A program made the position numbers and the translations under genes. The notes beneath the pieces are model-generated. The model saw only the letters and a program-made list of their open reading frames with translations, made no database searches and was not told where the DNA came from. From the human T2T-CHM13v2.0 reference genome, Homo sapiens, in the NCBI RefSeq assembly GCF_009914755.1, contig NC_060930.1: a stretch of DNA of 64,000 nucleotides; one strand, 5' to 3'. Below, piece by piece: positions 42,620 through 56,253 of this stretch; within the stretch, counting starts at the first letter, position 1; each line of letters begins with the position of its first letter.

Positions 42620-43440
42620 AGAATGTTTATAGCCAATTTTCACCATTGTTCCTGTTCCTCTGAATTCACCAACTCCATCTAACTGAACTCTTCATCTTTC
42701 CAAATCCAACATGATAAAAAGGCTCCACTGGGGATTTTGTCTTTCTTTTCAAGCCACCATGCAAGACTCGGCAGGCTGCGTGTCATTTGCATGTGTTAGA
42801 ACTGCACCAACCCAGTCTTTGAGATTTACACAACCTGTAGCTTATACATTTTGTTGAAAAATAATTTGCTCCCTCGTCTTCACCATGGCACTGCTACTCA
42901 TCCATTTGCTTCAACCAGATTCACTCCTTCTTCCTGCTGAATAATTCCTATGTCTCTATCTTCTTTCCAGAGTTGCTCAGGTCTCATCTCCTCTTATTGG
43001 AATATAAATTCTCTTTTCTTTTGCATTTATCTCTTTTTAACTTTTCAAACTGACGTCAGAGTGATATTCATAATACCCTAGTCTTATTACATTATTCCTC
43101 TATATCAAAATATGTTAAAGAAATCTGTATATTTAGAGCAAGTTTGTCAATGTAACCATCACATCCAAGCTACCTTAATATCTGATGCCTGACCAATTCC
43201 TGCCTTAATTGCTCCATTTATAATTTTCTAACAACACAAAACTACTTAAATATCAGGAAATACATTAACTCTCCATGTCTTTTTGCCTTTTCTCTTCTAA
43301 CTGCCTGGAGTGCTCTGCCCTCGACTATATCCTCATTTTGAACTTCTATTCATCTTTTCAATCCTATCTCAAATAATATTTTCTCAGTGAAGTCTTTCCT
43401 TGGGCTTCTGGAAGAATTTATGCACTTCTTTAAGCTGCTT
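42620..43440 (+). mobile_element. L2 fragments
   Basis: ctaactgaactcttcatcttt...cagagtgatattc...ctgcctggagtgctctgccc...ctctcagtgaagtctttcc. Confidence 0.5.
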
Positions 43441-43886
43441 CTGCATGTTAGAGTTAATGCAGAGCCAGTAGCAAATACAACTTAAACTTGTTTTAACTAT
43501 AATTTTAAAGCATAATATCGCAAACATTCTGTTCCAAAAATGACAATTTCCCATCAGAAAATTTCCTGCTGGTAAATACATGTTTATGACAATCCTAAAG
43601 TGCCTTAACAATAGGAATCTTATTTTCCACGAATTATCCAGTTATCTGGTAAACCTATCAGACTGTCTGTCTCAAAATAGGGACAAAATGTTCACAAGTT
43701 TGTGTTACCATTCAAAAAAAAATTCAGTGTAGGTGTAACTGCTTGTTTACTTTTGATTTAAAATAAATCTAAAAACTAGATTAGAATTCCAGTGCACTAC
43801 TGGTATTTTAATCAATAACATTATCTACACCTCTTAAATGAAAGTTCATATACAAGAAACATTTTGTTCATATCATTCAAATTCAC

Positions 43887-44243
<357 letters not shown>

Positions 44244-44544
44244 TCAATAGACATAAAGAGACGTAAAGGAAATAGGAGTTTCAGAGAGAAGGTAGTAAAT
44301 CTGTTAATGAGAAGCTGAGAAAGGCTGAGGAAAAAACGAGCTCTCTTACCCCTAGTCTGATGGTAGGTCCCTGAAATGGTTAAGTCCAAGCTGAGTCACT
44401 GATGTTCTAGGCTGATGGTACAAATCCCTATGCGGCAGCTTTGCTGCCCTCACTTCTTTCACACCCTACTGCCCTAAACACACACACGTATACCTAAATA
44501 GCATTTTATTAAAAATTATACTACAGATTGCATTACCAGTTGGA

Positions 44545-44790
44545 TGTAATAGGAAAACACTGAACTACTCATCAAGATACATGAATTCTAGTCCCAGATG
44601 TGCTATTGACCAGTTTTGTGAGTTTAATTGAGTTCATTACACCTAATTTCCTTGGTTTTCTTCATCTCCCAAATGAAGATGAAGTTTGTCCTTTCTCCAC
44701 AGAATGGCTGTGGGGAACAAATAATATTATGGCTCCAGATTACTCTGTAAATGTCAAAGTGCTGCACAAATGTAAGAACTTACTATGTGC
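44545..44790 (+). mobile_element. MIR SINE
   Basis: gaattctagtcccagatgtgctattgacc...ggttttcttcatctcccaaatgaagat. Confidence 0.6.
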
Positions 44791-45146
44791 CAGGTTAGTT
44801 CTCATGATCTTCTCAACATTCCCTCTTCCTGTGTTCTTTATGTTAGATTCATGGAGTCACTCTCCTTCCATGACCTGCGGGCTGAAAACACCAGTCATTG
44901 TTTCTCCCCTTTCTTTTCCCCCTTCATCAATTCAGCCATCACTCCCCTCAATTAGGCCTCCATAGTGTGTACCAAATTGTTCCCCTCTAGCTTCCTTTCC
45001 CCTTCCTGAGCCAAAGCATTTGCAGGACTCATTATTCTCCTGACAGGCTGCTAGTTTCTCTTCTAATTCATTGCCAAAAGTGCTGGAATTGTTTCCTATA
45101 AACACAGATTTCTAGCTGACAACATACACACTCCTCAGGCTGGCAT

Positions 45147-45358
45147 TCAAAGCCCTTCACACTTTCACCATTACTAACCATTCCTGTCCTATGTGTGTGT
45201 TTGAGTGGGTGGGGGGGAAGTTGAAGTGACCAATCTCTCACCTTCCATCAATCAAAGCCCTCCCACAGTTTCATCACTGCTAGCCATTCCTGTCGATGTG
45301 TGTGTTTGGGTTGGATGGGGGGAGTTGAAGTGGCCCATCTCTCACCTTCCATCAATCA
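45147..45358 (+). repeat. tandem duplication, period about 105 bp, 2 copies
   Basis: tcaaagccct...ccattcctgtc..atgtgtgtgtttg...gttgaagtg..c.atctctcaccttccatcaa repeated at 45147 and 45252. Confidence 0.92.
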
Positions 45359-45536
45359 TGCTAACTGCAATGCAACTTTAAGCATTAACACAGACTATTC
45401 CATCATTGTGGGATGCCTGTGCTCTTCTTCCACTACTGAATCCCCTACCATCTTAAGTCCTATTTCAAATCCAAGCTTTCTTCCAGCTCTCTAGTCATAA
45501 TAGATCTCCCCCTCCCTCTTCCTCCCTTATAGTCAC

Positions 45537-46011
45537 TGTATTCATTATCCACTGGTATGTAAATAAGTACTACAAGACTCAGCAGCTTAAAATAGGAAAC
45601 GTTTATTATCTAATGCTTTTTCCAAGGGGCAGCTTAGGTACGTACTTCGAGCTCAAGATCTTTTCCAAGGATGCGGTAAAGTGGTTGTGGTCATTTCAAG
45701 TCTTAGCTGGGGGTGAAGATGTTGCTTCCAATTTTACCCACATGGCTGTTGGCATGAGGCTTCCGTACCTCCCTACATAATCGTCTCCTGAGGGCTGGTT
45801 GTGATGTAGCTTCTCTAGAGCAAGTGATCCATGAGAAAGGTACAACAAGCACTCAATATGCCAGCCAATAATCTTAGAAGTGACATATAATCACTTTTTC
45901 CACGAGGTATTGGTCACACAGACCAACCTTAGTGTAATGGGGAGGGGAGGCTGAACAAGGTGTGGGTATCAGAGGCGTGGATCTTTGCGAAGTTGAAGGC
46001 TGGCCAACACA
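45537..46011 (-). mobile_element. MLT1F-like MaLR solo LTR
   Basis: tgtattcattatcc...cacatggctgttggca...agagcaagtgatcca...agaagtgacata...ttggtcacacagaccaacc...ggctggccaacaca. Confidence 0.8.
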
Positions 46012-47039
46012 TTCTTCTAGCGCATTATTTTGTGGTTACTATAGTACTCATCATTATACCACTACTCCAGAGTTACACCACTCCTCCAGAGTGGTATAAC
46101 TCCTCCTACTAGACACCAAACAATCTGGCTTTACTTGTTACACTCTTACATCATCAGGAAAAATGATTCATGCAAAGTAGGTGCCCATGAAATGTTATTT
46201 CACATAAGTACATTTCTATCATGTTCAAGGTTCTGAGTTATTTATAGCCTTGTGTTAAGAAAGTTCAGGTCCTGAGTGTGATTTTCTCTGAGGGTTAGTG
46301 AGTCTTATGCAGAAACTGTATATATTACTTGTACTTTAAACTTAGGAACTCATATTTCAAACACATTTCACTGCTAACAAAGTGGGTTGTAAAAGAGATT
46401 TGAAGGGCATTAATTACATTCCATCACCATTGCTAAAAATTAATTAGGAATGTGTGTTTTACCAACCCACTGACAGTGATCGAATATGTACACTTGATTT
46501 TATAAGAATAAGAGTGCACGGCAGAAAAACACTGGGTTTCCAAGAACTTATATTCCAATATAAATTCACTTTTTTACGTTAAACCAGTTTACATGTTGCT
46601 CTTATCCTCATCACCATAAAATAAGTTTATTCCAACTCTAAAACTGAGATAAAAATTCTTCCTGAATAACTGGAATTTTGAATGAAGATGAGAATAGACA
46701 ATGCATGTGAAAGTGTGTATCAACTTGGAAGAAAGACTCAATAACCTTGTACTCATCACTTGATACTTTATAAACTGAGGAATGTTGCTTCCCCATTTTT
46801 GCCATCTGTACTTCCATCTTTCACCAACAGACCACAGAATTGACCGTATGACATCCTGTTTTCACAGGTATCAGATATTCCATGTAGGATTTAGATCTTA
46901 TTAGCAACCTAGAGGTTAGGACAATGAAAGGAGGGCTACTTTCATGAGGCAAATAGGTGCTTCTTCTTTTATCTAAGAAAACTCTTGGACACATTAGGGT
47001 AATCTAGGATAATTTTAAAATTAAAATTCCAAACTCCCA

Positions 47040-47189
47040 AAGACATCTTTAGAATACAATTTTATAAATACAATTGCAAGATCCCCAAAGACCAATTAAA
47101 TCAGAATTTCTAGAAGCAGGACCTTAGCATCATCATTTTTAAAAGATCCACAGTAAATTCTGATATTCATTTATTATTGAGAATCACTG
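47040..47189 (-). mobile_element. MER5-like hAT-Charlie fragment
   Basis: agaccaattaaatcagaatttctag...tttttaaaagatccacagtaaattctgat...tgagaatcactg. Confidence 0.6.
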
Positions 47190-48513
47190 GGGGAAGAGCT
47201 ATGGGATGGCAAGGAAGAACTTCCAGAAAGCAAGCGAGAAAATGTAATTTCATCTTATGCTCAGCAAGTCATAAAATTAGAATTTTCTTAAGCTCGAAGG
47301 GAAATCTAGATTGAATGTGCCTCACTGGTCTTTTAATATGCAAATAAGATATCTTCTTTTTAAATAGTAAATCCAAAGGCATAATATTCTTTTGAATGTG
47401 CTTTTAATATAAATGTTTTTCATATTTAAAATATACATAATTACAAATATATGACTCATTTTCTACTTTATCTTATTTATTGCACATTTTCTAATAAGAG
47501 AAGGCCTATTCTCTGGAATGAATTAGTAAAATAAATAGCAGGTCTTAAATTTGAATTCATGTACCTAGATTGATAGCTCAATTTTTTTCCCATTAAATTG
47601 CAATGGTAAGTATATCAACTTATAATATTTGTAATATGAGATAGTTGTGCTTGTGCACACATCCATGTGTTTACACTGTACGGATGGCAACAGTGTCTTC
47701 CTACAGATACTTGTGCTGTTAACTCAGAAAATGTCTGAGATCCAGTGAGTCCTCCTATAATCAATCATTTCAAGGACTTGCCATTAGACTAAGCTACCTC
47801 CTCATTGAATCCTCTCAGCTCAAAACAACCAATTTTAAATGTATGTCTTTTGAAAAATCAAATTTACTGTGTATTGCTTGAAAGAAGGAAAGAAAAGATT
47901 ACCTGTAAGCTTATTTAAGCATTTGTTTTAGTATCTGTGAAAACCTAACCCTTCTTTTGCTTTTAATCTTCTACCAATTATAGTAATATATAATTGATAG
48001 TAAAATAGAAATAAAACAAATAAAAAAGATATTTCAAAGTTGAATATAGTTTGAGAAAACATGGCCTTTCTAGAAAGGATGACCTTAATATCAAGTGGCA
48101 AGCCTTTGACTCTATTTAAAATGCTCTATTCATTAAAATGTTAAAGCTCAGCACATAAAGATGAAAGCCAAGTTTCTTTTCATTACCAATACCCTCCTGT
48201 TGAGTATTTGGAAACATATTCCCATCAATGCATTTGATCTTTTCAAATTAAATTACTCTCTTTGAGTGAGCTAGATGAAAAATGAGTTACATTAAAATTA
48301 ATGGGTTTCCTCACCTTTCCAAAGTGAACTGCAATAATTTCTTCTAGTTTTAAATTATATTTCCAGATAATGATCTTTTGGTGTAGGCGCTCTTATACTA
48401 TATAGGATCCCAGTGGATTAACACTGAGACAGCATTTGAAATGAGCCCAATATGGTTTTACAACTGGGAGGAATAGTTACAATATATTACATATCTTGTG
48501 TGTGGGCATATGT

Positions 48514-49263
<750 letters not shown>

Positions 49264-51993
49264 TGCATGTACAGTTTTTATTATTTTTTTCTGTTTTACC
49301 ATGCAAAAAGATTCTTTATTTAAATAGAAAAAATGCATGATATTATTGAATAGATGTTTGCACGCAGCATAGCTCTGGGAAGTCTCACTGGAAGTCTGTG
49401 CCCTCTCAGTTCTGGCTATAAGGAACTGCTCCATCTCAATGTCTATACCTAGCAGAGTAGATGGCCCTCAGCAAATGTTTGTTACATTAAAACTTGAGAT
49501 ATAAGAATTAGATGATAAAGTTTTTCATTGTCTTCAAAATATAATATTACACAAAGTGGCTACACAATACTACATATTAAACTCCAGCCTCTATCTAGCA
49601 GGAGTTGGTTGCCTAAAATTGTCAGTTCGTCAAGACACAATATTGTTGAGGGCAATCCTACCCGTATGTTCTGGCCAATTTATATTGGCTTTTCTTTAAA
49701 AATTTTTTCAGAGATTATTACAGTTGGTTTGATTATGTTACTGTGTTGACATGAAGTAATAGTCTAAATTAATATAATGTATAGAAATATTACTTTTGGA
49801 GATAAAAACTATGAGATACAGATTCTATCTCTACCAAAAAATACACAAAAAGTTTGATATTATTCCTTTCAAACTCATGTTATAAACTGATAGTAAAGGC
49901 AGACTGGCTGACTTGCCTACTATAGCACTTAAAATAAACCTGTTACAGACTACTACACACTCTATCCAATTGACTCATAAAGGAAGAATGTGATGGTAAA
50001 GAAAGATTCAGTTATTCTCTTATTCAACTCAATTTACAACTGTATATTTCAAAGAGATACAACTTATTACATTTATTACTAGATAAATTCAGTGGTGATT
50101 AATGGGTTTACATAAATGGCAGAATATTCATTTTTACTATGGTTACAATTCGGTATTTTAGATGGAGGAAAGCTCATTTAGATAGGAGTTTAAATTTATG
50201 TAATGCCCCAAAAAGCATTCCAAATACAATCATAATAGGTTGTTATTATTCTATTAGTAAGAATCCATTTGCAGATGATAGAAAACATTCCAGCTATTTT
50301 AAGCATGGACTGATGTTTATAAAATTTTTAGAATAATCATAGGGGCAGGTTTTAGGATGGATTTCAATAAAGCGTTTCCAGAACAACCCTGGGAATTGGG
50401 CTGCTCAGAGAATAACACAATCAGAGAGCTGGGCCATTAAGTAACTGCTGTCACATTTGTTGGCTTTGGGTTAAAACATTCTAGCTGAGATTTCAGAGTA
50501 AATTTGTAGCAACCAGAACAACTGCCATCTACTAGATTAAGAAAACTGTTTTCTAACACGCTATGGTATCCCCGCTACTTCAAGGGCCAAGCAAGGGCAT
50601 AGTATCAGCAGAATGCCAAACACGTATAAATCCTTTTTGTAAGTCTTTTGTTTTTTTTTTTTTAGACATGAGGTGTTAGTTTCACAGTCTCCAATACACA
50701 GACAGGAAACCTAGAAAGATGTTGGAATACCTGTATAGTGAATCAATCTAATGCATACACCACATTGAACTTTAAATTCATATTATTAATAATGAACACA
50801 TAAATCCACTCCAAAGTGATCATAAACTATCTAGTTTGATTAGAAAAAACACAAACACATGATTTTATGTTTAATTTGGTAGGTTTTTTTGTTTGTATTA
50901 TAACTGTATTATTAAACAATTCTGATACTTTTTAAACAAATGATGTCAATATCTGTTGTATGAGCTGTATCATTATTAATTTCACATTATCACTAGTGAG
51001 ATATCACATAGATACTGACAAAATTGTGGGTAATTTTTCCTACAATAATTTGATATTTTTCTCAGATAGACATAAATTTATTTAAGTGGCAGTTAGCTAT
51101 TTTATATGAGTCAATACAAATGGGAATCTTTAATATTTATTATTTTTATTGCAATCAAACTGATTATTTGGCAACAAGTTTCAAGGTGACATTTCTTGGC
51201 AAGAGCTCAAATAGTAAAAAAGTAATTATACTGTCATAATTTCTGAAGAAATTGGCATTTTGAAACAAACAATCCATCAGGATGTAAATATTATGAAAGC
51301 TTTCTCAATGCAAAAAATCCATTTGTATAGCAACTCAGGAAACAGTGAATGATCAGGTGATATAGATTGTCGGATCTAAATCCCAAATTACCTATTGTTA
51401 GAGTTTCTGTGATGAAAATAAAAAGTCAACATGTCTGTAATTTTGAATAGTTCTTAGCAGGTTAGGAGAATATATTATTTTGCCTGATATTTTCTAAGTC
51501 ACAGGTTTCTAAATATTCAGGTAAGATAACAAAACAGATATTACATATATTCTTACATTGCCAAAATACAGGCTCAGATAAAAATATTTACAACTTACTG
51601 AAATGAACAGATTTCCAGGATTTTCAATATTTGCATTGCTAGTATAGCTAGTTTAACAGCACCAGGTGTAAGTAGTTTTCAGAGGTTTTGTGTGACGTCA
51701 AGTAAAACGCAAGTCAACAGTATGGTAAGGTTAACCAATATGCTAAAGCAACCGATTGAACTAATATAAGTATAGTATTCAAGATAAAAGATATAGTGCA
51801 TCTTGTTTATGTTATTTAGTCAATTATTGGAGAATGAATTAAGTTGTAAGTTCAGAGTACAATATATTGGAAATGATATTAATACACTGTAGTTCAGACT
51901 GAGGAAATTAAATAGATAGTTAATGGTCTTCAAACCATATCATATGTATACTGATTAAGCAAAAAAGAACAGATAAAATTCCAGTGTAATAGG

Positions 51994-52356
51994 TGCGTTA
52001 GTTTGTTTGGGCTGTTATAACAAAAACACCATAGACTGGGTGGTTTAAAAGTCACAGAAACTTATTCTTCACAGTTTTGGAGGCTGGGAATTCTAAGATC
52101 AAGGCACTAGTAGATTTGGCACCTGGTGAAGGCCCCTTTCCTAGTTCATAAAGTGTCTTCTTGTTGTGTTCTTACATGGTAGAAGGAGCAAACAAGCCCT
52201 CTGGGGCCTTTTTTATAAGGTCACTAATAATATTTATGAGGATAGAACCCTCGTGACCTAATTACTTCACAAAACGCCCTACCCTCCTGATACCATCACC
52301 GTGGGGGTTAGGATTTTAACACAGGAATTTTGGAAAAACACAATCAGACCATAGCA
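51994..52356 (-). mobile_element. MLT1A-like MaLR solo LTR
   Basis: ttagtttgtttgggctgttataacaaaa..ccatagactgggtgg...tttttataaggtcactaat...ggggttaggattttaac...cagaccatagca. Confidence 0.87.
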
Positions 52357-52699
52357 ATTGTTCAGGATTAAAAATTTTTTTAAAAACTTAAACATTCAAT
52401 CAATACTAAGAGTGCCTTCTCAAAATTAGGACATCCCTGAAAATGGGAACTTTTAAAGTAATGAAATGCAAATCTTTACTAATATGCAAAAAACTTCAGA
52501 GTTATTAGATAAAGGGCAGTTTAGTCTCTATATGTTTTAAACAGCTACCCAAGATTGTGAGATTTTAGCTTTGATTGCCTGTGTAATGACCTATTTGCTC
52601 AGCATGAGACAGATAAAGCAGCTATCTTCTCAGCTGTCAGAAGTCTGCACGAGGCAGGTTACCTCCACTTGGAAATTAAAATAACATCCTTTCCTTTCC

Positions 52700-52857
52700 A
52701 TCACTGTAACACTTTTATTGTCTTGGTTTTGATAATTTTACTATGGTGATGTTAACACCAGGGGAAGTTGCCAGAAGGATATATGGGAACACTCTGTACT
52801 ACTTTTGTGACTCTGCTGTAAGCCTCAAATTATTTCAAAATAAAACTAAAAAAAAAA
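52700..52857 (+). mobile_element. L1MC/ME 3' terminal fragment
   Basis: aggggaagttg..gaaggatatatgggaacactctgtact...aaattatttcaaaataaaa. Confidence 0.65.
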
Positions 52858-53334
52858 TTTCTCCCAAATTAAACAGATTTAATAGAAAACCAGGGAAGTA
52901 ATTTGTAATTTATACAGTTAATTGGATTACTAATGTGTAAATTACTATTTTGTTTTTTAAATTTATTTTACTGATAACCGGAGAGACATATGTCTTCATT
53001 TTAATCTGCGTATCTATGTGTATATAACATCTGCACCGGTTATTACTATAGCTTACTATTTTCTTCATTATTTTATAAATATAATTATATATAAACTGGA
53101 AGCCAACTGCACATTGAAATAAATAGCAAATTAGACGTCAGTTTTCAGGACATACTCTATTCTTGACCGAATTTCCTAATAACATGCAACATTTGTTGAT
53201 ATACTCTTCTCTGGTCTTCACTAGGGCAGGTGTGTGGGTAGAAATGAGAGAAAATTTTTCATTCTCTGGTGTTTGCAGAAGAAATGCAGGAGTTGAGGAA
53301 GCAAGCTTCTCAACTGCAGTGACCTCATTCCAGT

Positions 53335-53720
53335 TGTCATAGTTTGGGTTCCCCAAGAAAACACCAAGACTCAGGTTTGCATGTAGGGAGAGATGTATTG
53401 GAGTGCATTTTGGGAAATACAACCTGTGGGAGGTGAGTTACAGAGGAATGGGCAAAGGTAGAGGTGATACAGTTGCAGCAGAGGCTCTGGGGCTGGGATG
53501 GCCCTTCAAAATTGAGCTGAATTGGGGCTTGCCTGTACCCCACACATTGATTAGTCATTGTATGTGCACACACCCAGGAGAAGGGCCAGGGTCTTGGATC
53601 TATTTAGCTGAATGCCCCATGGGAGAGACTAGGCTGACAGCCATGAGTGCCAACCCTCCTAGCAGCTGGGAGAATGTGTCAGTACTGAAGGGAGCTCTTA
53701 GCAGCATACTGCAGTTCATA
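53335..53720 (-). mobile_element. LTR16-like ERVL LTR
   Basis: tgtcatagtttgggttccccaagaa..aagactcaggtttgcatgtaggg...gctctggggctgggatggcccttca; abuts ERVL internal sequence. Confidence 0.7.
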
Positions 53721-53776
53721 CTGCATAAGCTCATACTGCAGTTCATCTCTTGGACTGCTTGGATCACATTGTTTCA

Positions 53777-54091
<315 letters not shown>

Positions 54092-54399
54092 ATTGCTTCA
54101 TATAAGTTCTGCACAGCTCCTCACAGATTCTGATTGGTCTCTTTTCATGGAAAAATGCGCAAAACAGAGGTCAGTATAACGAACTACAACCCCATCACAC
54201 CAGCCCTTATCCAGGCTGCAAATGAATACCCATCATCTTTCTCCTCTATACCAATCCTAGATTCCTCTCATTCTCAGCTAGCCCCTGAGTCTAGGTGACT
54301 TACCTGTTAGGGTGGCCCCAGTAACCTCTCTTTGAAATCTATGATTTTGTCCCAATGCCCTTCTCAGGACACGGATGCTACACCTGTGCTTTTACCATC

Positions 54400-54690
54400 A
54401 CAACTTGGCAGGGGAAGATCAGAACCTTATGAATGAATCCTTAGGGTGTGAAATGTATTATTCGCAGCCCCACTAAGCAATAGCAGAAATAGAAGCTCTT
54501 TCTAATAATCAGAGAAAATTATTCCTACCAATGTGATTACTTCTTTTCTTACCTACTGCCCTCTTGGAAAAGCTGCCTAAGGGACCCAGTGGCAGCCATG
54601 ACTTAAAGTTTAGTGGGACACTTGCTGTGTCTCTTGGTGGAAAAGTTACCTTTCTGGGAACTAGAATGTCTAGACATTCGCAACGGAGAG
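54400..54690 (-). pseudogene. decayed ERVL dUTPase fragment
   Basis: manual minus-strand translation LDILVPRKVTFPPRDTASVPLNFKSWLPLG versus recalled ERVL LEVLVPEGGMLPPGDTTMIPLNWKLRLPPG; lies downstream of integrase as in ERVL. Confidence 0.7.
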
Positions 54691-54905
54691 ATTTGGGAGA
54701 GGAAGCACAAATTCCTCAAGTGGGTCACTGTCAAGTGATGGTAAATGTGGGCAGGCCTACTGCCACTCTTGGGCTCTTGGGCCTCACAGGGCATAATAGA
54801 ATAGTTGTTGATTTAGGGTATATTTTTCATTCTAAGGGTGGTGCACCATCATTTCCAGGTTTCGTCTCTAAGTTGGCACCTCAGCTGTACCCCCACAAGG
54901 CTATT

Positions 54906-55274
54906 TCACTGCTCCATCACAGTGGAGCTCCTGGAGCTGCAATATGTGATATGGCTGGTGGTTCTCATGGCCATGCATCCATCGGCATGTTCATCCTGGC
55001 ATGGCATTTGCTGTAATGTGGGAGTGTCACGGGCTGATGTGATGTTATGCCTGATACTGTGCTGCTGAATCAAGTACTGAATAAGCCCTTGAATAGTAAT
55101 GTGGACTTGGTCACTAAAGGCAGGACAAGCAAATGAAAATCCAGGATATATGCTGATTCCAGTCAAGATGAATTGCTGCCATTTCGAATGTAATAATACC
55201 AAGTTACATTCATAACTCAAAGACAGCTGCCAGGTTTTGTTCTGCCTTTTCTTGGTGCAAAGTGTACAATTCAA
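54906..55274 (-). pseudogene. decayed ERVL integrase core (rve) fragment
   Basis: KWQQFILTGISIYPGFSFACPA...TIQGLIQYLIQQHSIRHNITSARDT aligns to recalled ERVL KGQRFVLTGIDTYSGYGFAFPA...TIRGLTECLIHRHGIPHSIASDQGT; frameshifted downstream. Confidence 0.8.
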
Positions 55275-55721
55275 TAAATGGCCCCGTATTTTGGAAGAGA
55301 TGTCTCAGCATTCCCCATAAAATGCAACTAACTTGTTCCTTAGCTCTTTATTGGCTTGATCTCCCACCACCTGCAAGTGCACATTTCTTGCCAAAGCCTT
55401 TAGTCTACTTCCCATTTCTTGCTCATCTGATATCATTATCTTGATGCTCTCAATAGAGGAGACTAGAAGAAGGTATGATGCTCCAGATGCCTTCTGACTA
55501 TAGTGTAACAGAGGGTGAGAGAGTTACTGTAACCCTAGGGGAAGATGATAAATCTACCGTTATCCTGCCCACATGAATGTGAACGGAGAGCCATCTACTT
55601 TGGGTGTGCATGTAGCAATGGGGGCAAGTAGAGAGGGCAAAATAACCTGAATCTTCTTATATAGATCTACTGATGGAAGCAGCTAATAAGGTATGAGGAA
55701 AAATTACAAATATGTGAGTAT

Positions 55722-55846
55722 CATATGCTTATGTTTATGTGTGTGCTAATGTGTGTATATGAAATACACACATATATGTGCTTAGTAAATACATATGAAC
55801 ATACACACATATATGTACATATATGTGCATTTCTCTGTTTATATAT
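55722..55846. repeat. (TA/TG/CA) low-complexity tract
   Basis: atatgtgtgcatatatacac variants. Confidence 0.8.
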
Positions 55847-55849
55847 GAC

Positions 55850-56253
55850 CAATTGTGCCATTCCATTGCATTGATATAAGGAATACTGGAGACTGGGTGA
55901 TTTATAAGGAAAATAGGGTTATTTGGCTCATGGTTCTGCAGGTTGTCAATGAGGCATAATGCCAGCATCTGCTTCTGGGTGGGGGGCCTCAGAAAGCTTA
56001 CAGTCATGGCAGGAGGCAAAGGGGCAACCAGCGTGGCACATGACAAGAGAGGGAGGAAGAGAGAGAAGAGGAGGTGCGAGGCTCCTTTAAACAACCAGCT
56101 GTCCTGTGAATTCGTTAGCATGGGAAGGGAACCAAGCCATTCATAAGCAAATTGCTTCCATGACCCAAACACCCGCTAATATATCCCACCTCCAACACTG
56201 GGGATCATATTTTAACATGAAATTTGGAGGCAACAAACCTCCAAACTATATCA
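55850..56253 (-). mobile_element. MSTB/MSTA MaLR solo LTR
   Basis: tataaggaatactggagactgggtgatttataagg...ggctcatggttctgcagg...gccagcatctgcttctgg...ccaaactatatca. Confidence 0.88.

Noticed and set aside
50225-50765. Possible very old MLT1/LTR33-like LTR
   Set aside because: Only weak terminal resemblance; too diverged to call without an HMM search.
54664-54679. 16-bp palindrome gaatgtctagacattc
   Set aside because: It lies in decayed ERVL sequence with no supporting context and is too short to interpret.
54564-55016. 150-aa plus-strand ORF
   Set aside because: It is antisense to the decayed ERVL integrase/dUTPase region and has no independent protein similarity.
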